From: Trichodelitschia bisporula
Taxonomy: Eukaryota
NCBI GenBank assembly: GCA_010356995.1
Contig: ML996687.1
Location: 807,803-871,802, forward strand
DNA: 64,000 nucleotides
Direction: 5' to 3'
The position numbers and the translations under genes are program-made. Below, one piece after another: positions 50,044-62,783 of this stretch. Within the stretch, counting starts at the first letter, position 1. The number at the start of each line of letters is the position of its first letter. The notes beneath the pieces were generated by a model. It made no database searches. It was given only the letters and a program-made list of their open reading frames with translations, and was not told the DNA's origin.

Positions 50044-51723
50044 ATGAGCGATGCCGAGCGCCGGGCCGCCACCCCAGGAATGCTCGAAAAGGAAGTCGAG
50101 GCTCCCAGTTCACCCACCTCGCAAGTCGAATTCACAGAGGCTGCGCACGATGATGAGCGAGGTACTAGCGAAGCGCCACAGGAGTATGTTCCGCCGGACG
50201 GAGGATATGGATGGGTGTGCACTGCGTGTGTCTTCCTCATAAACGGACACACATGGGGGGTAAACGCTGTAGGCATTCTTCCGTCTCAAAACACGAGGAG
50301 CGCACTGCTCACAGCGACAGGTATATGGTGTCTTCCTCGCTCACTATCTCGCCAAAAACACATACCCCGGCGCTACGCCCCTTCAGTTCGCCTTCATCGG
50401 CGGCCTCTCCATCTCCCAGGCCCTATTCATTTCACCACTCGCAACAGCGACGGTTGCAGCGCAGGGTACACGCACTGCCTTATTTATCGGCATCTTCTTC
50501 GAAACACTCTCGCTCATTGGCGCCTCCTTCTCCACCAAGATATGGCACCTCTTCCTCAGCCAGGGCGTGTGCTTTGGCTGGGGTCTAGGCTTCCTTTTCG
50601 TCGGCAGTGTTGGCATCACGTCACAGTGGTTTTCGTCACGACGCAGTCTAGCCAACGGCATCGCGGCCGGCGGGTCCGGCATCTTTGGTCTCGTTTACGC
50701 GCTGGCGGCTGGCGCCATGATCCCGAGCCTTGGCCTGCCGTGGACGTACCGCGTGCTGGGTATGGTAACCTTTGCCGTGAACTCGGTGTGCTCACTTCTC
50801 ATCCGTGATGCAAACGCGAAGATCAAACCCTCCAAGCTTGCCTTTGATTGGCGACTGTTCAACCGATTTGAATTCATCCTCATGCTTGGTTACGGCTTCT
50901 TCAGCATGCTGGGGTACAGCGTGCTCCTGTTTTCCCTACCGAATTACGCGAACCGGATCGGGTTGACAGCCAAACAGGCGTCGGTGGTGGGAGCCGTGAT
51001 GAATCTTGGCCAGGGACTAGGCAGAGTGCCGATTGGATACTGGAGCGACAGCTTTGGGAGGATCAACGTGGCAGGGCTGATGACATTCCTGTCGGGTCTT
51101 TTCGTTTTGACGATATGGATCAATGCCAAAACCTATGCGGTGAGAAGCCTACTCGTAGCCGACGTACAGACCAAATATGCATAGCTAATACTTTGGAGGT
51201 CCTTCTCGTTTACGCCGTCATTGGGGGTAGCGTAGCGGGCACTTTCTGGGCAACTGCTGGGCCCGTTACGGCAGAGGTTGTCGGTCTCCGCGAGCTCAAC
51301 GCCGCTCTTTCTATTGTGTGGGTGGTGCTTGCAGTACCCACGACCTGTAAGTCGATTTGCCGTCAGTGAGAAAGACTGCTGATGTCGTCCAGTCTCGGAG
51401 CCAATTGGTCTAGAAATCGTGGAGCGAACGGGGAGCTATCTTGGGGCACAACTGTAAGTACAGACGTGAGGTCTCAGTGGGGTACTTTTGCTAAAGTGGT
51501 CAGGTTTTCCGGTATCATGTATCTCCTGGCCGCCATGTGTCTTTGGTTTTTGAAGGCGTGGAAGGTTGGTGAATTAGAGCGCACGGCGGCAAGGACTGGT
51601 ATGAGGGCTGAAGACATGAATGCCGTCGACACAGGTTTTGTTGAGCTCGAAGAGAGTGAGAGGTTGAACCGGGCGAAGGTGTCGAGTCTATCCCATCGGA
51701 TGTTATGCCGGAGCAAGGTGTAA
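50044..51723 (+). CDS. MFS transporter, monocarboxylate-porter (MCH-like) family
   Basis: PPDGGYGWV, NGHTWGVN|YGVFL, QWFSSRRSLANGIAAGGSG, SDSFGRIN. Many transmembrane segments. Confidence 0.9.
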
Positions 51724-52932
51724 GGTTAGAGGTGGGGTATGCGTAAAAGTGCTTTCTTAAAACTTGCTTGCTCTTGAGACGAACATAGCGCTGGAGTTGA
51801 GGTAGGATACGTACATCTGATTAAAGTCTTTTTTTGGAAGATTGCCGTCGTCGAGCTTGGTGCAAGAGTTGTGAGGGGGTGGCCTTTGGCGGAATGGCTG
51901 TAGTGATGAAGCCTCAAGGGCCATACTACTCCGCAGACTGAAAGGTCATGGCAGATCCCGTCCGCATAATAGACACCCAGGCAAGGCGGCCACGATTTTC
52001 TTTTCGTGTCGCCCTTACCCCAGCCACGCGCGGACACCGGGCCGGAGGTGACCCTTGACGGCTATCGGGGGTAGAACTGGTATACTACGTACAGGTAGTT
52101 ACCAAAGTACCGTACATAGTAAGCGATTTGCCCCGCATTTTCCTGGTACCTAGAATCCAGGTGTGAGTGTGCCCTAACCTCATTATTATACTAGTGTACC
52201 GGTACCTGGGTGCTTCTTTCCATCCCTTTTACAGTAATTTTCCATCACTTAAGGTTAACTACGTAGCCGCCAGTTGTGCCATCTGCAAGCTAAAAACCAC
52301 TTGGCGCCACTTCCCATCCCACCCGACCTCAACCCCTCCTTCCCGTCCATACTCGGGCCCGTCGGCGGCCCCCTTTCCTCATTTTGTCCCTACGGTACCG
52401 GGAAATCCTATTCCCCCTTTGTGCTACAGTATATACAGTACACAGTACTCTACATACTGTACTCGACCAATGCAAACTACCATTATACTTTCCTTTTTTT
52501 TTTACCTCTCTCGCTCTTTCCTCATCTTCCCCAAGTTGGCTGCAAGTCCGCGTACCTGCTTCGTCGTTGGCCTGTCCCGTGCAGTTACCCGCGCTAACCG
52601 CGAGGATAACGATCTTCCCACAATCACCACCACCCCGCTCGTTAGATCGTATTTTCTTCCCGCACTCTCCCCACCGCATCTACTGTTCCGCGATACCGTA
52701 CAATACAACCCCCCCCTCCCCCCACCCCCACCGCAAACCGACTTCACCGCCGCCGCAGACAAGAATTAGGCAAACAGTAAATCCAGACCGTTCCTCCTTC
52801 ACATCTTCGCCAAAGGAAAAAAATCCACGTATCACAGAAAGCCATCAGATCATCGAAGTCGTTTACGCCGTTCTCCGACCTGCCGCTGGTTCACTTACCC
52901 TTGTGTTACGCGTCGCCATCACATGTCACGTC

Positions 52933-55900
52933 ATGTCTAGGAAGGCTCAACCCCGTCTACTTCACCCACTATGGCAAGATGAAAGCGGTGACTCTGACAT
53001 ATCCATAACATCAACGGCTCCCAGTGAGCCTCGAAGTGAATACACCGTCGATGACATCCTGCTTGAAGATGAGCGGAGTGACGGCGTGTACTACCTCGTT
53101 AAGTGGAAAGACTATGATCTCCATCGGTAAGTCATTGCGTCCCAACACCAATTCGTATATCGGCAAGTAACCTCGTCTTCGCCAGCGCTACTTGGGAGCC
53201 AGCGGAAAATCTTAACGATGATCTACTCCACCAGTGGGAAGAGCGGAAGCGGCAGATTGCGAGCGGATTCAGGGTTCCCTTCGATATCAGAACCTGGGAA
53301 TCCGCGGTCGCTGCTGCCGAGCGCGCGAAAAAGCTCCGCAAAGCGAAACGCAAGGAGAAGCGCCAGGAACTCGCCAGAAATAAGAAAGCTCTCGAGCGGA
53401 CGACCAAAGCCCAGACGACCAAAGCCCAGCCGACCAAAGCCCAGACGACCAAATTCCAGCCGACTAAAGCCCAGCCGACGTCAATTGTCCAGGCTGCTAG
53501 AAATGAGCCATCGGACGAAGATGATATTCCTCTGCTTCATACGCTCAGAAAGAAAAAGAAGAAGATTCGCGAGAGCGACGCTTCCTCTTTTGAACCCGAT
53601 GAGGATGTCACATTGGCACAAGCGAAGCAATCTAAGGCAAAGGTGTCCGTTCAAAGATCGAAGACAGCCATGATGGAAGCTGCTGAAACATCGCGTCTCT
53701 CGACATCAACCACTGCTCGTGCTCGTGGCAACGGTACCAAAGAGTCCAAGGTCAAATCTCGGCCAGCTCAACCCACCGCAATATCGACGAACATTTCCCG
53801 TGGTCCTTCGGCGCAGTCCTCTTCGGACTCGGACACTCCACTCATGCTTTCAGTTTTGGGGCACACTAAATCTCTGTCCGTTGATTCTAAGTCCCCTAGA
53901 GTTACTAGTCGGGCACCGGCCACTAAGAACTTTGGAACGGCCGCAGCAGGCGCTCGCTTGGAGGTCCCCGGTGCTGCTAAGCCCAGACCTCAACTTACCG
54001 GCTCAGATCTGGCTGGAAGGAACACTCCGTATTCCCCTTCTGACGCTCCCAATTCTTCACGCAACCCCATATCAGGGCCATCTCAGGCGGAAGCTTGGCT
54101 AGAGAGTTTGACCGATACTTCCGGGAAACCAAATGCCGCTAACATTAAGAGGCCTCCTCCCTCTCAGGCGGTAAAACCACGGCCAGATGGTAGCACTGGC
54201 CGTATTGAACATAGCGGTGCTCTGCAAGCCAAGGCTGCTACCCCGCGGACAGTTGGTTTACAAGAGTCGCCCAAAGCAGCCCACCGCCAATCTGTGGACA
54301 TTGGTCAACTGCCCCGGCAGACTGCCACTGCCCAGTCTCGCCGCCAATCCGTTCCCGAGGTAGCTGCGGCAAAAGCTCATGGCTCTGCATCGCGAGGACC
54401 TGCCAGTGGACCGTCGGATGGTCCGCAAGTGGATGTAGTAGCAAACAGGCCCAAACGGAAGTTACCGGTGGATGCGCCAGAATCAGCATCTAAAGCCATC
54501 CGATTCAGCGGCAATGACACGGGTATGCCGGTTCAACAGCCCGGTGCAGCGCGGCAACTCACTAGCTCCACGACTGGGGCAGCTACCGTCACTACATTGC
54601 CACAGCCTTCTGCATCATCCTCCGCGCCCAAACCATCTGGCGTCCCGACGAGAAATCCCAAGGCCAAAAAGTCAGGACCGGCCAACGTGCTTGACAACTG
54701 GGCAGCTCCGCCAGTGAAGAAGACAAAGCCACCCCCATCTACAACCCTTGAGCCCGACGGTAAGAATAAACTGTACAACCTTTCGGCCATCCATAATGCG
54801 CAGGTCGCTGGTCGAAACGGCGCCACTCCAGAACCGTCACAGATTGTCCTGATGGAACCGAGCACGAGGAAGATAATTCATGAGCCACCACCCGCTCCTC
54901 GCCGTCCTGCTTCGCCGCCGCCCACGAGACCGACAAGAACGGCAGAATATCAGACCAATTCAACGATACCTCTAACTTGTCCCTATTGGAACGATAACCT
55001 GAGCTGCGATCTTGCCACCAGATGTCCATTCCTCCATGAATCTTCACGGGAGGTAGCTCCGTACCAGCTCTACGTCCAGTACATTGAGAATCTCCAAGGC
55101 AAGCGCATCTACCAGAAGTTTTCAAATCCGCCCGGCCCTTGTAGATACCGCTGGACCCAGCGGGGATGTTTCAAGAGCGTAGTCCAGTGTTCATTTGCGC
55201 ATTGGACTGAGCCCGAAGTGCCTAAGGTCCAAAATGAAGTGCCCAAGATACGAAAGGCTTGCTATTATTGGCCTAAGGGGAAATGTACCAAATCACAAGA
55301 GCACTGCGGCTTCTTGCACTACGACTGTGGTGTTGTTTCACATCCTCCACCACGACCGGGGGTATATGTTAACAACGTTCAGGAGAAACTGATTCCTCCA
55401 CATTCCCCTGCCCAAGTACCTTCGAACTCGGTTCACGAAACATCAAAAAAAGTTCGCTTTTCTCCCTCTGTCGATGACCAGCTCAGCCCAGCCTCCCCTG
55501 ATGACTCACCACCTTTGCCAGCTCGCGGCGAAGATTTGGTCGCAGCCCATATGTCTTCCCTCGCCGTGGACCTCTATCTGCCAACGAGCGCGGAGCCTTC
55601 TACGCAACTGAGCGTTGACTTCTATGGACTGAACGACGAAGCGAAAGTTGCCATAATTAGCTACCTGGGCAAGCCGACGTCTATGACCATACAACAAATG
55701 TGCCCGCGCGAAAGTCTTAAAGATCACGTGCTGCCGCTCGTCAGGGCCACAATTGCTAATGGCTTCATTGTCGCAACGTCTGAGCGTCGTCGGCTAAACT
55801 CCCTCGTCGATGTCTTGTTGCGCGTGGACAGCGCTGCTCTCGTGCCACTCGCTGGGTCGTCACTACTTATCCTGTATCCGCTTGAACAAGCTCAAAAGGA

Positions 55901-57036
55901 ATGGAAGTTCCTTGCGACAGCAGGTACCGAACCTTCCCAACCGGCGCCACTTGGCTTCTTCATCTTTTCCGGGATTGAGGCTCCCGCAACGACCCATCAG
56001 CCCGCGTACCGCCCGGAAGACGGAACGCTTGAAGGGTACCTGAAAGAAAGGCTTGGACTGGTCGGAGAAGACTTCTTCAAGTGCCATGAAGGTACTGTAG
56101 CGAAGGTCGTTTACCTCATGTTCAACAAAGACAACGAACTGGAGCTTGAAATCTTCACGAGGTTTTTCAGAGAACTAGGCGCCCGAGTCTATAATCATCT
56201 CGTACCTGGATCATGGAAAGGCTTTTGCGCAGATAAAGAGGGCGTCGTCATCGTAAGTGCACTCTTGTCAAGCTACGGTATTTCGTTTCATTCATATTTA
56301 TCGATGTATAGTTCCATCCAGAAGTGTACTATTACCCCCAGATTCCCAATCTGGCCACGCTTCTGTGGGGTCGCACGAACTTCTTCGAGATGGGCTGCTG
56401 CCGGCAGGAAAAGGACGGGTTTGGGAGGTATGCCTTTAGGTGCAAACCTCTCTTCCCCTCGGGTCGGACGGTTTTCGTCACTGATGATGTGCTCGAAAAT
56501 TATCCGCAAAAGGCGCTTCATATTGTTGACGATATCTTGAAGGCGAACAAGAGAAAAGGGGCAGCCAAGTGGCGGCTCGGGGGGCGACCCGGATTGTTGA
56601 ACTGGTTGTTGTCCTTGGCCAAGGCACACATGAAGGAGAATGAGAACGACAATACGACGTATGTGTGCCCCAAACAAGAGTTTCTGAGTGGTTGCTGACA
56701 GCTTCAAGGAGGGCCGCGCTGTGGGCCAAAACATGTCTATTGCTACCGTACGACGAGTCGCGTTCCGATCCGCCGTACACAGGACCGGATTGCGCCGTTG
56801 CCTCGATCCCACCTGATGACCTCCCAGAATGGGGTGAGCTCATACTGAAAAGCAAAGAGGATGCCAACACTTTCATCATTGAGTGGTTCTCCGTGTGGGC
56901 CTGCCTCAACGTCTCGTATTGCAGACGCTTTTTTGTGGTTCACTCAGGCGAGATGTCACAGTTGGCTGAGCAGTACAAGCATCTGATTTTCCAAACCCCA
57001 GAAAGGTATATTGAGAAGAAGAAAGCCAAGACCTAA
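52933..57036 (+). CDS. Large chromodomain protein with three CCCH zinc fingers and a C-terminal globular region (Chp1-like architecture)
   Basis: EYTVDDILLE...YYLVKWKDYDLHR|ATWEPAENL. Long S/P/A-rich linker. Fingers CPYW..CDLATRCPFLH, CRYRW..CFKSVVQCSFAH and CYYW..CTKSQEHCGFLH. Introns near 53127-53185, 56253-56311 and 56659-56711. Confidence 0.8.
53401..53479 (+). repeat. Coding 15-nt minisatellite (5 units) encoding (T/P)TKAQ repeats
   Basis: cgaccaaagcccaga cgaccaaagcccagc cgaccaaagcccaga cgaccaaattccagc cgactaaagcccagc. Confidence 0.9.
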
Positions 57037-57189
57037 ATAGGAAGTGAACCAAGGAAGCACAATTTTTTTCAACATCCGATGAGCTATTATGGTGGTGCCG
57101 TCGTGCTATTGCCGAGTCTTCAAATTGAGTGCCCTTACCCCGACTCGTCATTCGGCTTCTTCTTCTCCATTCTTTTTCCTCTTCATCGG

Positions 57190-57645
57190 TCAAGTCAATG
57201 GAGTATTCTTCATCATCTTTGTGATTAGAGGTGCTAGGGTAACAAGGCTCCCATAGGCTTCGGCTATTTCGGCTATCATCCCCCGCACATCTGCAATCTG
57301 GGTTAATAATGTACGCAAAGCATGACTGTATCAACCTACCCTCCTGCTCTTTTTCAGTGGTGCAGACCTCGTTGAGGCGGTTCTTGGCCCAAGTGAGGAA
57401 CTCGTCATCATTACAGGAACACGAGTAGTCTCCATAGATTACGGAAACTGGAGAGCACTTGGTATGTTTGGTTGCCTTAGTAAGAAGGGGAGTCTGAAGT
57501 AATGTTAGTATTTCGAAAGACAGCCTGGAGAGTCAAGCTTCTTACGTAACACACGCATGGGTAGCAGTTTAGAGCGCAAAGCTTGCAGTACGTGCCGAGG
57601 CCAGGGCGGTCAAGCAGGCGGACATCAGGGCAGAGTGAACTTCAT
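57190..57645 (-). pseudogene. Possible decayed secreted Cys-rich (CFEM-like) gene
   Basis: A good-context ATG AAG TTC ACT is followed by an early stop. A shifted frame gives the signal-like ALMSACLTALASA. Two canonical introns flank an exon reading KCSPVSVIYGDYSCSCNDDEFLTWAKNRLNEVCT. Confidence 0.4.
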
Positions 57646-57797
57646 GGCTTTGGTGTTGGATGTTTGAGGTAAACAGGAAAAGTTGCTGAGTTGGGGGGCT
57701 GGAAAGGTGGAGAGTTGTTGAGTTGGAGGAAAGGATGAAGGAAGTGGGCTGGCTTTGAATATCGAGGAGGATTGGGCCCTGACTGCTCATAACTGAG

Positions 57798-58689
57798 CTA
57801 TTGCTCTGGATAACACAGAGTGATTTCAACAACCGCCTCCATGGCCAGTGCGATGCCGGATTCCCTGGAAAGTTTCTGGCGAGCCACCGACCCGAGCCGG
57901 CTTTGAATGGATCGTGTCGGAATGCTCCACCGTCTCAAAGTAACGTACACACACGCAGCAGCTATAACCTTGGGAGGACACGTGGTGGCAAGCTTGTAGT
58001 TACGGCAACTAGTTCCATGGATCAGCTCGAGGCCCTGAGAGGCTCACCAGCTAAATACGCGCTAACCGCTAAGGTACGACATGCCTGGGCAAGAGGTGTG
58101 GCATCTTCGTCCACAATGCCATACTCAAGTTTACCAGTTGTACCCAGCCTGTCGAAGTTCGGAATATCAAGACAACGGCGATAGGTGGTTGCATGGCGCA
58201 AGTAATCAGATATGAACGAAAGCGGGGACGAAAAGCGAACGTCGAAGCTCAGTATTTTAAGCAGCACAATCTCGGCGCGCAGTACAGCCTGGTGTAGTTC
58301 ATCCGCTTCGTTGCTAGACCACCTCCGAAGCGCTAGAGCAACGGGGACCAGTTCGCTGATGTGACGGGGACATTCGGTTGGTTTGGAGGCGAGGCTCAGA
58401 GCAGCCAGAGTCAAAGTCTGGGACACCAATCGTGAGTCATGGGAACTGGCAGGCATGGGAATGGCACACTATCTCGTCAACGACTGGCATAAGCGTGTCC
58501 GGTTCCCGGCATTTTACGAACATATTCATGCAAAGATAAGTGGCGGCAAGAGTTGTGTCGAGACTTTGGCTCACGCCAGTGCGCGGGTCCCCCACTTTGA
58601 GGCTTTGAGCCGTACAGTCTCATGGCGTGGACCATGATGGCGACAAAGGCGCATTGATCGGCCTGTTGGTCTCCTGGACCAGGCGCCAT
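57798..58689 (-). CDS. Divergent transcription-type cyclin (cyclin-box protein)
   Basis: Spliced model MAPGPGDQQADQCAFVAIMVHAMRL|..DTTLAATYLCM..|TLTLAALSLASKPTECPR...AEIVLLKILSFDVRFSSP...|CRNYKLATTCPPKVIAAACVY. The ASK and E-x-x-L-L-x-x-L-x-F-D cyclin-box motifs are present. Confidence 0.72.
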
Positions 58690-59044
58690 CAGACCCGGTT
58701 GTGCTTTTGATATAGAAGTACAAAGACGGGATGTAAAAGTGAAGATGTGAAAGTTTGGCAAAGTGTCGATGGTAGTTGGAGCATTCAAGGCATCCAGACA
58801 TCAGTGCATAAGATCTAGTCCTATTTTAGACTAGCTCTATCTTCAACCACGCGTGCCACTCTGTCAGCCGTGTATTTGCATGTCCCACTCTACTGCGTAC
58901 TCCGTAGAACTAGGCCACAGACTCATGTGCAAGTAACGGCTGCAAGACCTGAACTTCCCTAGTCCATTCTCATCACATTCCACTGACTCTTCGTTGCCGC
59001 TTCTCCCCTCTCCTCTTCTTTGATATGGTCCACCTTCAATCCCG

Positions 59045-62000
59045 ATGAATCACAAGCCCATCATGGGTCGAACTGTGCCGCGGCCGAGGCCGATGTTACT
59101 TTCCCGGGACCTCTATGTTCCCCTTGAACGGTACCTACCGCTGGGCTCTATCACAGCACCGGGCCGAGCATATCATCCTTCATCAGCTGAATGGACCGAG
59201 GTCGCCGATTCTTCATCACTCCGTCTCCTGCCGGATGAAATCCAGGCTCCAACAAAAGCCCTCATTGAGCAGAAATGGCTCCGACTTCATGTAATGAATA
59301 TTGACAACATCGCCGTGTTCCGTGTTTACCTCCTACCCGCCGATGCCGCCCGTTCAATTGTGCAGCAGCGAACACCCAAGAACCACCTTCTTAATCTCAC
59401 AAAGCTTTTGAAAGCTATAGACACCTCCCCTGAGGCGTGGAATGGAAATCCGACTGGCCACAATGCCATGCCCTTCGATGCTCATGCAACTCCGATAGAA
59501 GGGTCGTTATTCTATCTGTTCAATACCCTCCCATCGCCATCACCTGCCCTCGAATCCATTTCCGACAGGTATTCTCATCATGCCGCTTCGGGCTTACTTG
59601 AAAATCCTCCCTACATCCCCGGACTTAGGACGCGTCTGTTCCCGTTTCAAGCTCGTTCCGCAGCTGCCATGATTGAACGCGAGTCTTCATTTCGTCTTCA
59701 CGCAGACCCGCGCTATGAGGCCAGGAAAGCACTTGATGGGCAAACCTTCTATTACTGTGCTCGCGATGCCATCTTCCTTCGGGATCCGATATATTGGGAA
59801 GCGCCTAAGGGCGGAATACTCGCTGAGACCATGGGCTTAGGTAAAACTGTCATCTGTTTGGCCCTGATTCTCGCAACCAAAGGACACGTGCCTCGCATAC
59901 CTCAGGAGCATGACAGGCATCCATCATACAGTACTGGCGTTCCAAGCTTGAGTCGGCTCGCTGCTGATACGGCTGGGAGGCACGGGCTTCCGGTGAAGTC
60001 ATTCCTAGCACGAAAGCGAAGAGAACGAGGGGAGCACATCAGGTTTCACGATGCATCATCTCGGCCACAGTACACCATCACCGCCAACCCGTCCGTTCTC
60101 CGGACGAATACACGCGCGCAGCCTCCTCCGCGCGAATTCACGCTCTGTGGCACCACCATCATCGTGGTTCCTCAAAACCTGGTTCATCAGTGGAAGTTTG
60201 AATTGAAAAAGCACGTATCTGAGAGTCGTGACGGCCTCCGAGTCCTTTACATGGACCAAATGACATCTCGCCTTCCCAGAGCTTCCAAAATCGCGAAATA
60301 TGACATCGTTCTGTTCAGCAGAAATCGTTTCGGAAAGGAATGGCGCCTCGACTCTGCCGGGCCTCCTCAGTTTTCTTCGAGGCATGCCCGCGGTCTACCA
60401 TACAAGCCACCGGACAATCGCTACTCCTCTCCATTGAAATCAGTGCATTTTCTTCGCATTATTATCGATGAAGGGCACGAGTTTTCGTCAACCAGCTCAG
60501 ACGCTGTTCAGGCTGCTCGGATGCTAGTGAAGACAGATCGAAAATGGGTTGTCAGTGGCACCCCGGCGCGGGATCGCCTCTTCGGTGTCGAGGTGGAGCT
60601 TGCGGCAGATGTATCGTTTGAAGAAGAATCTCAAGTTTCCACGGAAGCTGGGGCTGAATTCAATGGAACGCCAGAATATGCGAATGGCCTACCCATAACG
60701 GCACAATCCGTTCGAGCAGCCGCCCTTGACCGACGGAAGGCGTTTACACAACGGGAGGAATGCCTCGCGGCTGCCAAAAGCCTTGGAATTCTAGCCAAAA
60801 ACTTCCTAGGCGTTCAGCCTTGGGCCGGATCTGATGGCGAACGTGGAGCAGACTGGGAGGACTACATATATCGTCATGAGTCGCACCAAAGTCAGAGTCG
60901 AACCCATTCGTCCTTTTCATTAGGTCTGAAATCCACGCTTGAAACTCTGGTAGTGAAGGTGAGAACTTTCATCCTTTTTTTGGTAACTGCTAATATCTCA
61001 GACTCGTCCTGAAGACGTGGAAGTCGACGTCCTGCTGCCCCCGTTGCACCATAAAGTGGTCCCTGTTGAACCGTCTTTTTATGATGCTCTTACCGCAAAC
61101 CTCTTTGTTTTCTTCCTGACAGCTAATGCCGTTACGAGCGAAAGAGAAGATGTACGTGCCTTGGTGTGTCAGCACCATTGTCGCAGCGGCTAACAAAATA
61201 AGAGCGACTACATTTTCCATCCGAAAAGCAGGACCGCTCGCTCCCAGTTAATTACCAACCTCAGGCAAAGCGCATTTACATGGACAGGCTTTACACCTGC
61301 AGACGTTGAAGCGGCCATCGAGCACAGTCGAGCCTATCTCGCCAAGGAAGACACCAAATGTACGGCAATAGATCGGGCGTTACTACAAGAGTGCCTAACA
61401 TTTGCGCGGTTCATTCTCGCTTGTAAAGGATGGAAAGAGCTTTGTGCTGCCCATGAGCTTGGGGTGTTTGTGAAGGATTGGCCGAGTGAGTCTCGTAATG
61501 TCTGGGCTCTTACCAACGATGGCTCTACGGCTATGATTGGCATTACCCAACTAGCCCAGGCTCAGATGATTGTCAACTCGAGGCTAACCGATGCTGACCC
61601 GTTGGAGGGCCTTGCCATTGCTGGGAGGATAACGATGGCATTGGTTGAAGAGCACGCCGCTGCTGAGAAAGAGTCCAGGAGCAAGCCGACTTATACTCAT
61701 GGCAAGATGGGTGTTCCATCATCCGGCATTTTGGTTGAGCCATCAGCCAACAAGTCTCATCAACTCTCGAAAGCTCTCATCCGTAGGCTGACGAAACCAA
61801 ACGATGCAGAGGCCATATCACAATCTGAAGGAGTCGAATCTCCGCTTAGACCCCCAAAGCGCCGAAGGTCGACCGAATCATACGAGCAGTCCGGATCTCC
61901 GTCTGAGACTTCACGACTGGAAGAGACGAAAATTGTGGGTACCACGTCGGCGAAGCTAAGCTATCTCCTGGACAAGGTTGCGGAGCACCACAGGGACGAA

Positions 62001-62783
62001 AAGATCCTCATCTTCTACGATGCCGACAACACGGCCTACTACCTTGCCCAATGCCTCGATTTGATGCATGTCAAGCACCTCATTTATACGCGATCACTAT
62101 CCCAGGAGCAGCGCTCCGTATACATCGTGAACTTCGAAGAAGATGATTCAATCCGCGTCCTCCTCATGGACATCCGCGCCGGCGCCTTGGGACTCAACGT
62201 GAACAAAGCTTCGCGCGTCTTCTTCATCAATCCCGCCTGCCGTCCCGCCATCGAGGCTCAAGCCATCAAGCGCGCGCACCGCATCGGCCAGACCCGCCCT
62301 GTGTTCGTCGAGACGCTCGTGCTGCGGGGTTCCGTGGAGGAAGCCATCTTCCATCGCAGCAAAGCCATGACTTCGGCCGAGCACCATTCGGCCAAAGAGC
62401 TGACAGACGACAGTGGAATGGCTCAGGCAGTGCAGACGGCGACGCTGCTACCTTTTACGCACAAGGACGGGTCCCCCATGGCGCCATTGAAGGTGCCGCT
62501 GCGGTTGTTCGGTCAGGCTGACGACGACAGTCTGGTCAACGAGGGACCGAAGAAGCGTGTGAAACGTGGGCTGGCCAAGCGACAGGAGAGGGCAGGAGAC
62601 AGTGCTCTGGCCCTGTGTGACTCTGATAACGACGCGACGGAGCATGAGGACTGGTTGGGGTCTGGCAAGGCTTCGGATCTTGAGCAAGATGATTGCCTCA
62701 TCCCGGAAGTTATGGAACCGGGCGACGAGCTGGGAACATCGACCTTCCGGCCGAATGGCGATATGTTTGGTTTGCGAGCTTAG
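59045..62783 (+). CDS. SNF2-family helicase-like ATPase (Rad5/16-like group)
   Basis: LFPFQ, GGILAETMGLGKT, IIVVPQNLVHQW, RIIIDEGH, WVVSGTP, SAKLSYL, GALGLNV, QAIKRAHRIGQ. Introns near 60959-61001 and 61152-61203. Confidence 0.9.
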
